DNA of 64,000 nucleotides from positions 96,001 to 160,000 of IMG/VR virus record IMGVR_UViG_3300030329_005082; one strand, written 5' to 3'. The DNA is from a virus. A model generated the notes under the pieces. It saw nothing but the letters and a program-made list of their open reading frames with translations. It was not told the origin of the DNA and searched no databases. A program made the position numbers and the translations under genes. Shown piece after piece: positions 8,916 through 19,600 of the stretch. How positions within the stretch are numbered: the stretch's first letter is position 1; the number at the start of each line of letters is the position of its first letter.

Positions 8916-11900
8916 TTAATCATTACACAATGTATTTTCGTCTTCTTCTTCCGGCGCTTTTTCGTCAAAGGTGAGTTTTATATCAAATTTGCGACCCGTA
9001 TCTCGGGAGGTCAATCGGAAGACAAATGTGTTGCCTACTACTGGTGATCCATGTACTGATGCTAGGTTTTTTGTGCCCTGTATAACGCCTTCTGAGTCTA
9101 GATCAAAAAATGGGAATGTCTGTATATCAGACGCTTCCACTCTCATAAATCTAGCGAAGCGGCGGGTGGGCATCTGTGTTGAAATCGGTGTATATTGAAA
9201 CAACTCTATTTCGGGTATAAATAACCCTTTTTCGTACACCAGTCGCACTCTATAAATTGGAGCCGGCAAAGATGGATTACCGTGATTATCCTCTACATAG
9301 CAGGTGTAATAATAATAAGTGTTAGTTTCTAAAGTATCCAACACATCAAATGAAACAACTGTTTCAACATTTTCTTCTGGGTCAAGTGACAGCGTTCGTA
9401 TTCCTCCGCTGGCAAAAGATGCATATAGATCATTATAACTTGGTACGGTAAAATCTAATGCTCGCGCTCTCAAGAGAATAACTTTTTGTATTTCTTCTAT
9501 GCCTTCGTTTTTATATTCTAGATGCCCTGGTCTAAGGTCGTAATTTTCAAACTGCCTCTGGTATTGGTATAGTGCTTGGATTTTTTCTGCATTTTGTCCA
9601 ACATTTATAAATTCAAGCGCATGATCGCCTGTGTAGTTTCCAGTACCAAGTTGAGTGTTTATTTTAATTTGTCTAAAATTGTCCAATAAAGGAAGGACTT
9701 GAATATCCGGGGCACAGGGAGGGTGAGACATAATATTTACGATCGGATAGCTGATACATCTTGCAACCCTTGGGTCTTGTGGGTCCTCAAAAAATGTGCC
9801 ATAAATTGGAACCTCTAATACTTGAACAACAGGTTTCTCATATGAGCGGATATCATAAGTAACCAATGCTGGGTTCATCGTGTTTGGAATCTCTTGAGGG
9901 TCATTTGTGAGGAGCGACAACGGCTCGTCGGCATCAATAACCAAAACCTCACATTGCGTACCGACAACAAGCCTAAACTCACTCAACTCATAACGGTATT
10001 TAGTGTCGTATTTCACTTGCGTATCAACATAGGTTATAGTTTGAGACTCTCCTGTGTTGGCAAACAAAATATCTTGAATTTTTGTACCTTCCTGATTATA
10101 CTTGGATAATCTGTATCCCAAAGATTCAGATGGAGACTCTGTGTCTTTACCGAGGTAATTGAAGTAATTCAATACTTTTGGTTTTATTGTGGAACGAGAA
10201 TTTAATAAAGCGCGTTGAAGATTCTCTTTTTGAGAATTTGTCAACCGAAATCTTGTTATTGGTTCTATTCCTTTTTCCGATACCACCAAAGATTCAATAA
10301 CTTCGTCATTCATTCCAAATTCTAGTGCTTCAAAAATACTTGTTGATCGGAAAGGTTTTGTTCCTAAATTAGTAGTTGATATAGAAAACCCATTACCGTC
10401 CTCATTGGTAACAACATAATCTGTAAATACTTGATAGGATTGTTCTGCTCCTTCGCTTGCTCGCAAAGATTCTAGAACGGCTGAACTTACTTTGTTTTCT
10501 TCAATTATCTTTCCAACGTCTCCTTGGTCAGAAGTGGCAAACGAAGGCTGTATATACATTGGAAAGAATTTCTTTTTCTCTTCTAGTTTCTTTAGTATTC
10601 CGATCTCTGTTGCTGGGAACATAACGGATTTCAAAGATCTGTCAATTGTTATTTTCTGTTCAGCAGTAAGATCGCATGTTGCTTTATGTGAATACACATC
10701 AAGATAATCTCTAAGACTTGTGTCGTTTAGAAGGTTTTGATTTTCGGGAATATTGCCCTCTAAAGTCGCTGAGACTGCATACTCTTTTTGCAAAGTATTG
10801 CCGGCAACTGGGTTACCTTGCCAGGCAGGGCTCAACCTTAGTCCGTCATTGTCAATAATCGCGGACGTAAACAAATCATAGATATACATACTTGGCTGTA
10901 CATTTTCAGGTATATTTGATCCACTAACTGTTTTTTCATAGTTTTTATCATAGAAAAGATACTCTGGATTAATCTGAGAAAATCCTATAGCCCGAGGAGG
11001 ACCCTCATCCAAATCTAGAAAAGCGTGTGTCTCTAGTCGTGTGACATATGGTGTTTCCACAGTAAACTTTACAAAATCATACACTGTTTTCTTGCTCTTG
11101 GGGGATGTCTTCAGAAGATTTAAGATATATTCTTCACCCAAAACACTCTTCACTGCATTATACAGAGCAACCCTATCTTGATATATTTCTGTACCAAGTC
11201 CGGCAAACAAATACATTGTTCCAAATTGAAAAGATTTACCTAGATTTGGGAAGGCAGCCGCACCAAACGTTGAGAACTCAGCCTCAAGTCCTGTCACACG
11301 CTGTTGAAGCCTCGCTATCTCCCTTTCGTTTTCCTCGGATGGGTTTTCCAGTTGCTCTAGTGCAATTTCCCGTTGGCGTTCAATCAGGGTGTCTATCTCT
11401 TCTTGTATACTGGCACGTGTTTCTCTAAATCTTAGCATTTTATATGCATGTTCATGAAGTGGCTCATCAACTTTAGCAGTAGCAATTATTGCCCCATAAA
11501 AAGCCAAAGACCCTTCTGTTATCTCTCCGTCCTCATAGGTGAGTATTGTAGATAATTGCTGAGTTATTTGTTCTCGCGAGTCGCTTAATATCCTCTCTAT
11601 GGTTTCGGCTCTCAATTTAGAAAGTACCCCTGGGAGCCTGATAACCCCTCCCATGCCGTCTGTGGCTAGATAATCATTTGAGCGAATTTGAGATAAGCTG
11701 TACCCCTCCCTCTCAGCAGTGGGGTTGTTACGGATAGCAACGAGCCACTCATCCATTTGTTTTTGATCTGGCATTAGTGCAATATCTTGATTATCCTCAC
11801 TCCAGCCACCCAAGGACCAGCGTATATTAGACCCATATGATTCAGCCGAAGCCTGAAGAGATGGATCATAACGGAGCGGCTTGATATATCCCTTGCGATT

Positions 11901-11969
11901 ATAAAACCGTGAAATAGGTTCGCGAGCGGCAATTGGCGGTAATATGCGTATTTTTCTGTTAAAGGTCAT
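8916..11969 (-). CDS. Hypothetical 1017-aa protein, probably virion
   Basis: Long ORF in the structural block; beta-rich C-terminal half (YVDTQVKYDTKYRY, YYYYTCYVED). Confidence 0.7.
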   Translation of the reverse strand: MTFNRKIRILPPIAAREPISRFYNRKGYIKPLRYDPSLQASAESYGSNIRWSLGGWSEDNQDIALMPDQKQMDEWLVAIRNNPTAEREGYSLSQIRSNDYLATDGMGGVIRLPGVLSKLRAETIERILSDSREQITQQLSTILTYEDGEITEGSLAFYGAIIATAKVDEPLHEHAYKMLRFRETRASIQEEIDTLIERQREIALEQLENPSEENEREIARLQQRVTGLEAEFSTFGAAAFPNLGKSFQFGTMYLFAGLGTEIYQDRVALYNAVKSVLGEEYILNLLKTSPKSKKTVYDFVKFTVETPYVTRLETHAFLDLDEGPPRAIGFSQINPEYLFYDKNYEKTVSGSNIPENVQPSMYIYDLFTSAIIDNDGLRLSPAWQGNPVAGNTLQKEYAVSATLEGNIPENQNLLNDTSLRDYLDVYSHKATCDLTAEQKITIDRSLKSVMFPATEIGILKKLEEKKKFFPMYIQPSFATSDQGDVGKIIEENKVSSAVLESLRASEGAEQSYQVFTDYVVTNEDGNGFSISTTNLGTKPFRSTSIFEALEFGMNDEVIESLVVSEKGIEPITRFRLTNSQKENLQRALLNSRSTIKPKVLNYFNYLGKDTESPSESLGYRLSKYNQEGTKIQDILFANTGESQTITYVDTQVKYDTKYRYELSEFRLVVGTQCEVLVIDADEPLSLLTNDPQEIPNTMNPALVTYDIRSYEKPVVQVLEVPIYGTFFEDPQDPRVARCISYPIVNIMSHPPCAPDIQVLPLLDNFRQIKINTQLGTGNYTGDHALEFINVGQNAEKIQALYQYQRQFENYDLRPGHLEYKNEGIEEIQKVILLRARALDFTVPSYNDLYASFASGGIRTLSLDPEENVETVVSFDVLDTLETNTYYYYTCYVEDNHGNPSLPAPIYRVRLVYEKGLFIPEIELFQYTPISTQMPTRRFARFMRVEASDIQTFPFFDLDSEGVIQGTKNLASVHGSPVVGNTFVFRLTSRDTGRKFDIKLTFDEKAPEEEDENTLCND

Positions 11970-11971
11970 TT

Positions 11972-14900
11972 TTACATTGGCCCTTTATATCCGGTGACAA
12001 AACCATATGCCGGGGCTTCTTCTTTTACTTCAGGGTCGTCAAAATAACCTTCGGGATATTTCTCTGGATTTTCTTCTTCTGGCTGATCTGTTTCTCCCAG
12101 TCCGAGTAAAAAGTACTCATTATACATTGGCAATTCTAAAGTTTCCTTACGTTCAAAATACTCTTGCACTAAATCTAAAACAGGTTTTTTGTAATGACTC
12201 AGTATCTTAATGTAGTCCAAAGGAGACATTAGTCTAACACGACATAGTAGATTTTGTTGAATTTTTACTGCATCTGCTATTTTCCTTTGTGAAAGAAGAC
12301 GCCATTGAGGTAGCTTAGTTTTCTCCAGGCGACTATTATCAACAGGGCTAACAGTCAAAACATCTGCTGAAAACTCTGTCTCTTCTGCCAGATTGTTGAA
12401 TCCGTCCAAATATTCTATCCTTGCTATTTGTTTGTAGTTTAGCCAAAATGTCAAAAACTTAGCATATATTTTGGTTGGATCATAGGTGGCTGGATATGGT
12501 GGCTCATTTGGATCATTTTTTGAAAAACTGATGAGCATATTTTCTTCACGAGTTGTGTTACCTGGGTCTTGGTCTGACAAGATTGGACGGCAAGCATCAA
12601 ACTGAATTCTCTCATTCCCGAACCTATTTGATTGTTGGGTTGTTGCTATAATCATTGCGCTCTTAACTTGATTAGGCAAATTTGCCACAGGTGTATCCTG
12701 TAAGACAAACGTAAGACTTTCATCTGTAAGCCCTATCATTGTAACAAACTCTTTCAAAGAATTGAAAGGAATATCTTCATATCTAATAAACCTTGGATCT
12801 ATATCACTGTCTACAGTCAGTTCTCCAAAAATAGCAAATGGTAACTTGATAGGTCTCTTTATAAGTCTTCTTTGTTCGCGAGAAGCTGCTTCATTACCTG
12901 GGCGCTTAGAAGCTGATGTGTCTGACAAAGAGCTATTGGCATTTTCCATGTAAGTCAAAACAGATGGGTCTGTATTATTAGCACCACCAATTATTGAAGG
13001 TATAGCCAGAGGACCATTGCGGAAAATAAACATACCAGACCCAGGTGTTGCGTTTTCTGTGGTAGGAGGAAATTTTCCTGTACTTATCTTGGGAGGGTTG
13101 TATTGTGGTGTTGGAGTTGAGCTAAATTCTACACAATGTTGTTCCTCTAAAGCTTTCATAACAGACTCATAAAGAATATTATTTGGTGTCTGATGTGGGT
13201 CATCATCTACTATCACAGGGTTTATTTGACGATTATCTACTGAAAATTTCATGTTTGAAATATCGGCAAACAATTGAGCATATTCGTTCAGGTCATAACG
13301 CACCGTGGGCCTGACAGAACTACCAGCAGCCGGAACATACATTGTATTTCTGCCTGGTGTTCTGATAACATTTGACGTCATATAAGCATATGCTGGTCCC
13401 ATATATGATTCTATAGGTGCTATATCCCTATCATCAATAGATGAGAAATATTTTTCAAATTCTGCCATTACTCTGTTTTCATATTCTGTCAAAGAAATTC
13501 TTGAAAGACCAAACTGTTCTCTGTTACGCTCGCGAACAAAAACATAATCAGTACCATAATCTAGAGACTCTCCTTTTGGCACCGGCTTATTGAATATTGT
13601 TTTGTCTGTAATCAAAGGAACTTTACGCTGGCAAAATCCCCTGCGCTGAAGTTTAGAGTCTTGATCAAAAGCCAATCCACGACCGAGGGGATCATTCGGG
13701 AAAATCTCTGTCAATTTACGATAGATAATCTGGATCCCAACGTCCATAAGTTTTTCCAGATCTTTAATAACCAACGGATCAATAAGTCCATTGTTTTTAC
13801 TAAACTCATCTCTAAAGAAAAGTGCAATGTTTATTCTGTCGCCCTCAAACGCGAACGGGTTCAAGTCATCCAACAACTCTTGGTATTCAAAAGCAGCCTT
13901 GAGAAGGACGCTATCAAACATTTGAGCTTCGCCATCTATAATGCCCTTGATTCTATTTAGAGGAACATTTAGGGTCATTCTTTTTGGATTATACAAGTCT
14001 CTGCCATCACTTACTACTCCCCCAGAATATCCGCCGGGAGTTGGCACTGAATTGACTATTGTGTCAAAGATGTCTGACACTGTAGTTTTTCTTGCTAGCA
14101 AATATTTGATCATATTTCTCATAAAAATTGGTGCGCCATCATAAACAACATATTCAGCGCCATAAACAAAATTTGCATTTATTTGTGAGCCTTTGTGTCC
14201 ACCGTATTTTTGAAATTTGCCAAATTGATCTTTGCCTTCAAAGAATATTATCTTGTTTTGTACACCGTCAGAGTTTTCAGGTGTCAAATAAACATTTGGA
14301 ACTGGTGTAGCTTCGCCAACAACCTTTTCTGGAAATGTTGTATCTGGACCGGTTTCTACTGCTCGTCCTGAAGTATCCAAGTCATTGACGGCTCGGGTGG
14401 CGTCTTTAGATACCGATCGGCGAATCACGTTCATCCTTAACACTTTAGAAGGCTCTGAGTCTGGGTCTTCCATCAATCCTGTGCCATTGATCAATTGTGT
14501 TGATATTTTTTTACTTCTATACAGAAACGGAAAATAACTATTCTTTGCCAGACAAGACTCTATATCAAAAGCGAACATAAAGCGATTATTTTCATCACTA
14601 TCTTTTGCAATCCAGAAATCAGAAAAGTAATTGTCTTTTTTGATAATCTTTCTAATTTCAGGCTTGGAGTCTAAAATTGTTCTTGAGAGAGAACCATATA
14701 CTCTATCAAATACAGAATTTACTCTTTCTATGAAGACATTTTGTGGGCTTAGATCTATACGTTGGAAAATTATTGCTTGGGGCGCACGGACAGTGGTCAT
14801 GTCAGTATAGTCACCATCTTGTAATTGGGGTCCGGGGCCTCTTAGTGGGTTTGAGCGTGTTATTCTTGGCCAAGCATATCTATCACCAATCACAGTCGCA

Positions 14901-15727
14901 GTCCTGGCAGCAGACATCCCAGTCACTAAAGATATCTCTGGAAGCTCAAAGTTATCCCCAGGTGGGGCAAAGTCGGCGTCATAAACGAACATGTAAAAAG
15001 TTAATTGTTCTAAATCACCTTCGGTCAATCCTGAAAAATCAAACACTACAGGATCTAAGTGAACCCTTTGCATGTTGTGTGTAGGGTTTCGTGTTATTTG
15101 TTCAATTGATGTTTCAGACCAAAAGCGAGACCTTCCACTTTCTTCATCAAACTCAATTAACTCAACGTCACTAAGTGATCTTCCAGTCCCAACATTTGTA
15201 TCAACAGCAGAACGACGTATAATTTCGCCATCCTCGTTTCTTGGCATATGATCTAGCACAGGCACATCATAATAGATTGTACCTTCCATCACACCAGAAT
15301 TTGAAAATTGATTTCTGAACATTTGAGGAATTAAGGTTCTTTGGGTGGAATATGGCGACATTGGCTGAGATTCATTGAAGACATAACCGCCTACCCCTAA
15401 ACTTTCCTGTAAAAATTCAACATACTCATCCGAAGGGTACTCTTCGTTGAACCCATCTACGCGATGGGTGTTTGACATTAGAAGATATTCATTTACTCTT
15501 TGTGTCGCGAAATCTATAAGTTGTGATGATTTTTTACTATAGGAAGCAACTATCCGAATACGAAGACCTTCTAATTCCTCATCCATTTCTGCCACCCTAG
15601 ACACTGACTGGACCAAAGAAGCATTCACAATCCCCATTCTCTTTACTGAATTGGGGTCTTCCTCTTTCCTACTCACCTCAAGTGTGATGGATCCAAAGTC
15701 TAGATTTTTAATTGATCTTAATAACAT
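11972..15727 (-). CDS. Hypothetical 1251-aa protein, probably virion
   Basis: Long ORF with SD AGGA, coupled to the downstream gene; no motif recognised. Confidence 0.7.
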   Translation of the reverse strand: MLLRSIKNLDFGSITLEVSRKEEDPNSVKRMGIVNASLVQSVSRVAEMDEELEGLRIRIVASYSKKSSQLIDFATQRVNEYLLMSNTHRVDGFNEEYPSDEYVEFLQESLGVGGYVFNESQPMSPYSTQRTLIPQMFRNQFSNSGVMEGTIYYDVPVLDHMPRNEDGEIIRRSAVDTNVGTGRSLSDVELIEFDEESGRSRFWSETSIEQITRNPTHNMQRVHLDPVVFDFSGLTEGDLEQLTFYMFVYDADFAPPGDNFELPEISLVTGMSAARTATVIGDRYAWPRITRSNPLRGPGPQLQDGDYTDMTTVRAPQAIIFQRIDLSPQNVFIERVNSVFDRVYGSLSRTILDSKPEIRKIIKKDNYFSDFWIAKDSDENNRFMFAFDIESCLAKNSYFPFLYRSKKISTQLINGTGLMEDPDSEPSKVLRMNVIRRSVSKDATRAVNDLDTSGRAVETGPDTTFPEKVVGEATPVPNVYLTPENSDGVQNKIIFFEGKDQFGKFQKYGGHKGSQINANFVYGAEYVVYDGAPIFMRNMIKYLLARKTTVSDIFDTIVNSVPTPGGYSGGVVSDGRDLYNPKRMTLNVPLNRIKGIIDGEAQMFDSVLLKAAFEYQELLDDLNPFAFEGDRINIALFFRDEFSKNNGLIDPLVIKDLEKLMDVGIQIIYRKLTEIFPNDPLGRGLAFDQDSKLQRRGFCQRKVPLITDKTIFNKPVPKGESLDYGTDYVFVRERNREQFGLSRISLTEYENRVMAEFEKYFSSIDDRDIAPIESYMGPAYAYMTSNVIRTPGRNTMYVPAAGSSVRPTVRYDLNEYAQLFADISNMKFSVDNRQINPVIVDDDPHQTPNNILYESVMKALEEQHCVEFSSTPTPQYNPPKISTGKFPPTTENATPGSGMFIFRNGPLAIPSIIGGANNTDPSVLTYMENANSSLSDTSASKRPGNEAASREQRRLIKRPIKLPFAIFGELTVDSDIDPRFIRYEDIPFNSLKEFVTMIGLTDESLTFVLQDTPVANLPNQVKSAMIIATTQQSNRFGNERIQFDACRPILSDQDPGNTTREENMLISFSKNDPNEPPYPATYDPTKIYAKFLTFWLNYKQIARIEYLDGFNNLAEETEFSADVLTVSPVDNSRLEKTKLPQWRLLSQRKIADAVKIQQNLLCRVRLMSPLDYIKILSHYKKPVLDLVQEYFERKETLELPMYNEYFLLGLGETDQPEEENPEKYPEGYFDDPEVKEEAPAYGFVTGYKGPM

Positions 15728-15743
15728 ATCTTATCCTACACTA

Positions 15744-16637
15744 CTAAACTTCATTCGTAACAACCTTGCAGATATTACCAGGGTTTCTGTCAATGTTGTT
15801 TTTATAAATTGTTGAATTGGAAGGCATCTCAACCCCTGGTACCTCTTGGTCTAATAAAATATTGAAATAATATTCTACGTAGGTGTCATCTAAGACCGGG
15901 AAGCCGGCTAAAATATCTTCGCTGTTACCACCGATTGTTTGCGCTAAAACGGCGGGTGTTGTCTGGTTCCTTAAATTCTCAGCATTGATTGAATGGGTAT
16001 TGATAAAAGACAAGGCTTGCATCTCACTACCTCCTTTGGGGTCTAATTTGAACACTTCTAGATCATAGTTCCCATTCACGCTGAAGATTGTATTCAATTC
16101 TTGTATGTCTAATGTTATGTTTTGATTTTCCAACAAATCATATCGTACCGATGATCCGCTTTGCTCTACAGAATAAGCAACATACAAAGACGCAGACACG
16201 ACAGGCAACGTATTATTAGCCATATATTCCGGATGTTCGTTTAGGTCTTTATCACTATTGTTAGTTACGCGAATGTCCCAAGAGGGGGCGAAATCAGAAA
16301 ATTGATTATTCCGCCCAAGGAATCTATTGTAAGTTGCACAATAAGCCTTGTATTTATCAAAATATGTCTCATAGTTGGCGCTGGTTCTAGAACTAATCGG
16401 TCTAGATGATGATGAAAATTTAGTCCATGGTCTCGTGCGTGGTGTTGTATTCTTTATTCTCTCAACTATTTGATTTTGTGTTTCTGATTTTCCGCCAAAG
16501 GCTCCATCATACAATACACCTGTGTCATAAAAAGCGTAATATGATGGATTAAACTTGCCCTCTGAGAGCTTCTGCCTCCCGTAAGGTGTCAACTCTATTT
16601 GGATGACTTCTTGTTTTTGATCAAAGAACTTAACCAT
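15744..16637 (-). CDS. Virion structural protein; N-terminus paralogous to 7889-8845
   Basis: IQIELTPYGRQKLSEGKFNPSYYAFYDTGVLYD vs ILDAVLTDAGRKRLAAGDGSFRISKFALGDDEVDY. Confidence 0.6.
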   Translation of the reverse strand: MVKFFDQKQEVIQIELTPYGRQKLSEGKFNPSYYAFYDTGVLYDGAFGGKSETQNQIVERIKNTTPRTRPWTKFSSSSRPISSRTSANYETYFDKYKAYCATYNRFLGRNNQFSDFAPSWDIRVTNNSDKDLNEHPEYMANNTLPVVSASLYVAYSVEQSGSSVRYDLLENQNITLDIQELNTIFSVNGNYDLEVFKLDPKGGSEMQALSFINTHSINAENLRNQTTPAVLAQTIGGNSEDILAGFPVLDDTYVEYYFNILLDQEVPGVEMPSNSTIYKNNIDRNPGNICKVVTNEV

Positions 16638-16641
16638 ATCT

Positions 16642-16647
16642 TAAGTA
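16642..16647 (-). promoter_or_regulatory. Putative late-promoter box, 4 nt before ATG (leaderless)
   Basis: TACTTA-AGAT-ATG; no SD. Confidence 0.55.
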
Positions 16648-19600
16648 TCACTCCGGACGGTTTTGTGTCAATCCTCTAAGATCAACGCCGGGCGAATCAA
16701 TAACTCCAGAACCTGCTCTTGCTTCTTCTGCTGCTCGTTCAAGCTCACGAGTAGTTGCCCTACCCTCTTCTTGATACTCTTCTAATTCTGATTTTAGTTC
16801 GGGACGGAAACCAACTTTTGTATTTATTTTGCCCAATTCTAGAACAGAACAGTAATCATAAGGCCAATTGTATGTCGGATCACCCAAGTGATGCTTCAGC
16901 ATGTAAATGCTCTTAGAAAAATTATCTCGGTCAGCAAGGAGTCTGGAGGCTGTCCTTTCATCCATCCCTTCGTTTATGAAAGATTGACGAATACTATCAT
17001 AAGTAAACGCCTTGTCGCCCTCTACTTCTTCTACGACCATTTGAGTATAAGAAGGTATGCCTCGCTCTTTAACCTTGAAGACAAGCCACTTGATATCTGG
17101 GAAAAACCCTAAGCGGTCTGGGTGCTTAGCAATATCCAACAAATCATAACGAGGGTGACCATCTCGTTCAGCCCCCAAAGCCAACTGTTCTTTCAGCACT
17201 TCTGGGAAAACAGTTGGTTCAGCCTCTACATTATCTCCAGGCATATAATGATCTATTGCTGATAGACTTTGGCGGAACTTGGTTGAAAGTTCTGGCATTA
17301 CCCCTTGCCATATATCTGACAAATCTTGACGGGTTAAGGAAACTTTATGCTCCATCAGGTAAACGACTGGTGTTTGTGTCATTTCTTCCCCCTCTAAAAT
17401 AGAGTCGTAATCATCGCCGCCAAATGGATTAATGAGATCTGGAATTGTTGGGTACCCCTTTGGTACCATTCCCATAAGTTTTCTTGCGAGAGCAGGGGGT
17501 AGAGAAAATTTAGTAAACTGCTTCCTAAACTGTTTCACTTTTGGTCCTAGCTTGTCGGCAGGTCCCTGAAGAGTTATAAGCCTTGGTTCATTGAGTTTGG
17601 GATCAATATAAAAAGGAAGCGCCAAAATAGCCTCTGATATACTCTTCTCGTTGTCGGGAGCTAGTTCGCCAAGACGCTTTGCTCTAGACATATCAAACCC
17701 GGAGCGGATGATTTCTTCTGAATCAAAGCCACAAAGGTCCGCAAGGGAACGAACTGTCCTGTTCGCCTCAAGGACAAAATCTGGTACTTTTTTCACATAT
17801 TTGTATACTCTCTCAACATCTCCAGTAGATCCATCAGGAGTACCGATGGCAACCAAGTCATATTCTTCACTTTCACCTGTTGGGATATCCTTAATGTAGA
17901 GATAGGATCCTTGGTTAGTTTGAGGCATCACTCCGTATTGGTGCCACATACCCTGAGCGGATGATGTATACATCCCAACATTGACCGATGAAGAATAAGC
18001 ATATTGGTCTGTTGGTCCGGAACGATCAGGGAAATCCAAAGTTGGGCATTCCCATTTTGGCATGATTACCCATTTGTTGGGGTCAGATGACTTATATGTG
18101 CCGCCGTGGTCAGTAGGGAATTCATTGCCGATACTAATTGATGCATCAATGTCCATTCTGTTTTGCCAGGCTCTATTCCAACCATAATCAGGAGTACCAG
18201 TTGTAGAGGTAGCCACGCCGTCACGATCAACAAAGGACCCAGAAGTAAAATCATAAAAGCTACTACTAGCGTTCAAGAACTGAACAAAGACTTCTCCTCT
18301 GTCATTGTTAATGATTTCGTCTAGTGTGTAAGAATCCTTGCCACCATCTGGCATAAAGGTTATACGAACTAACGAAGGTCCATAATAATGAGGGGGCGTA
18401 AATGGAGCGAACTCGCCGCGGTGACGGGGCCATGATAATGGCTTGGGTATTTGATTAGCTGTCAGAGTCTCCCAGGCGGCAGACCCAGTAGCTGTTGGGA
18501 TCCCGTAAGCATATGGGTTACTGTAGAAATTGAACTCCTCGGTCTTCATTAGCCCAATTTCCATCATATAGGCAGCGTCCTTTTGGACATCAACTGTCCT
18601 AACTGGTGCAGAAACTTCCCCTTCGCTGGAAGCTGGCTTGCCAAACTGAGATACAAACTTGGCTAAATACCCATCCGAGCCGTATTTGTTTTCTTTCTTG
18701 CTCAAGAAAAACTTGGGAACGTTTGCTAGGAAGTTAGAGACAGCCTTCTTGTAAAGAGTGTCGTCTAGTCCCTTGGGAGTAATAGATCCGCTGACATCCA
18801 AGTAAAGCAACTGATTCAAATCAGAAAGAACTGTTGGTTGTTCATATCCCTCTTCTAGTGCAGCGGCGGGATCTAGAATGGTCTCAAAAGGTAGTCTGTC
18901 TGCCCAGAAAAACTTATTGACCTCGGCAGAACTCCACTCCGCATCTTCTCTATTTCTTCGTTTGTTTCCGGGGATTGATCCTGCACCTGTTGTGGCGCTG
19001 CTAAGTGATCCGCTTAGGCAACCACGAAGAGTATCATAGTGCAATGCTGCAAGGGGGAAGTATTGATCTGCATTTCTTTCGGCTCGGCGGATTGGATAAT
19101 CTACAGCAACACCAGATTTGATGGAGTTATACATGATACCTGGGGCAAAGAATGGTCGCAATAAGGATCTCCAAGCCGGGGTAGTGCCGGCAGAACTACC
19201 AGCATATACAGCGTTTGATGAGTAGGCTGTTCGGAACAAGGCAGCAATATCCAGAGTCCTATCAACAGGATAGAAGCCACTGTAAGGCAAGAGCTTGACA
19301 ATTGCTTCAGACTCTAGCTCAAAATGTCGGGGATAATCATTGAATATAAAATTACGATCACCTTCGTCAGTAGGCATGAAATCTTCCAAGAACTCAATAT
19401 CATCGGTTTGAGCAAATCTTTCATAGAAGTTTGGATTGGTTCCGTCAAAATTGCTGGTGTTAGATCCTGTTATTTCAAGACTTGCTGATATGACTGCAAA
19501 TAACGATCCTTCGTTTTGATATTGTTCTATGTGCTCGCTGATTCTGAACTCTGGTAAGATTGTGTGGTCTTTGCCGACAAGTCTAATATCTGAAACATAA

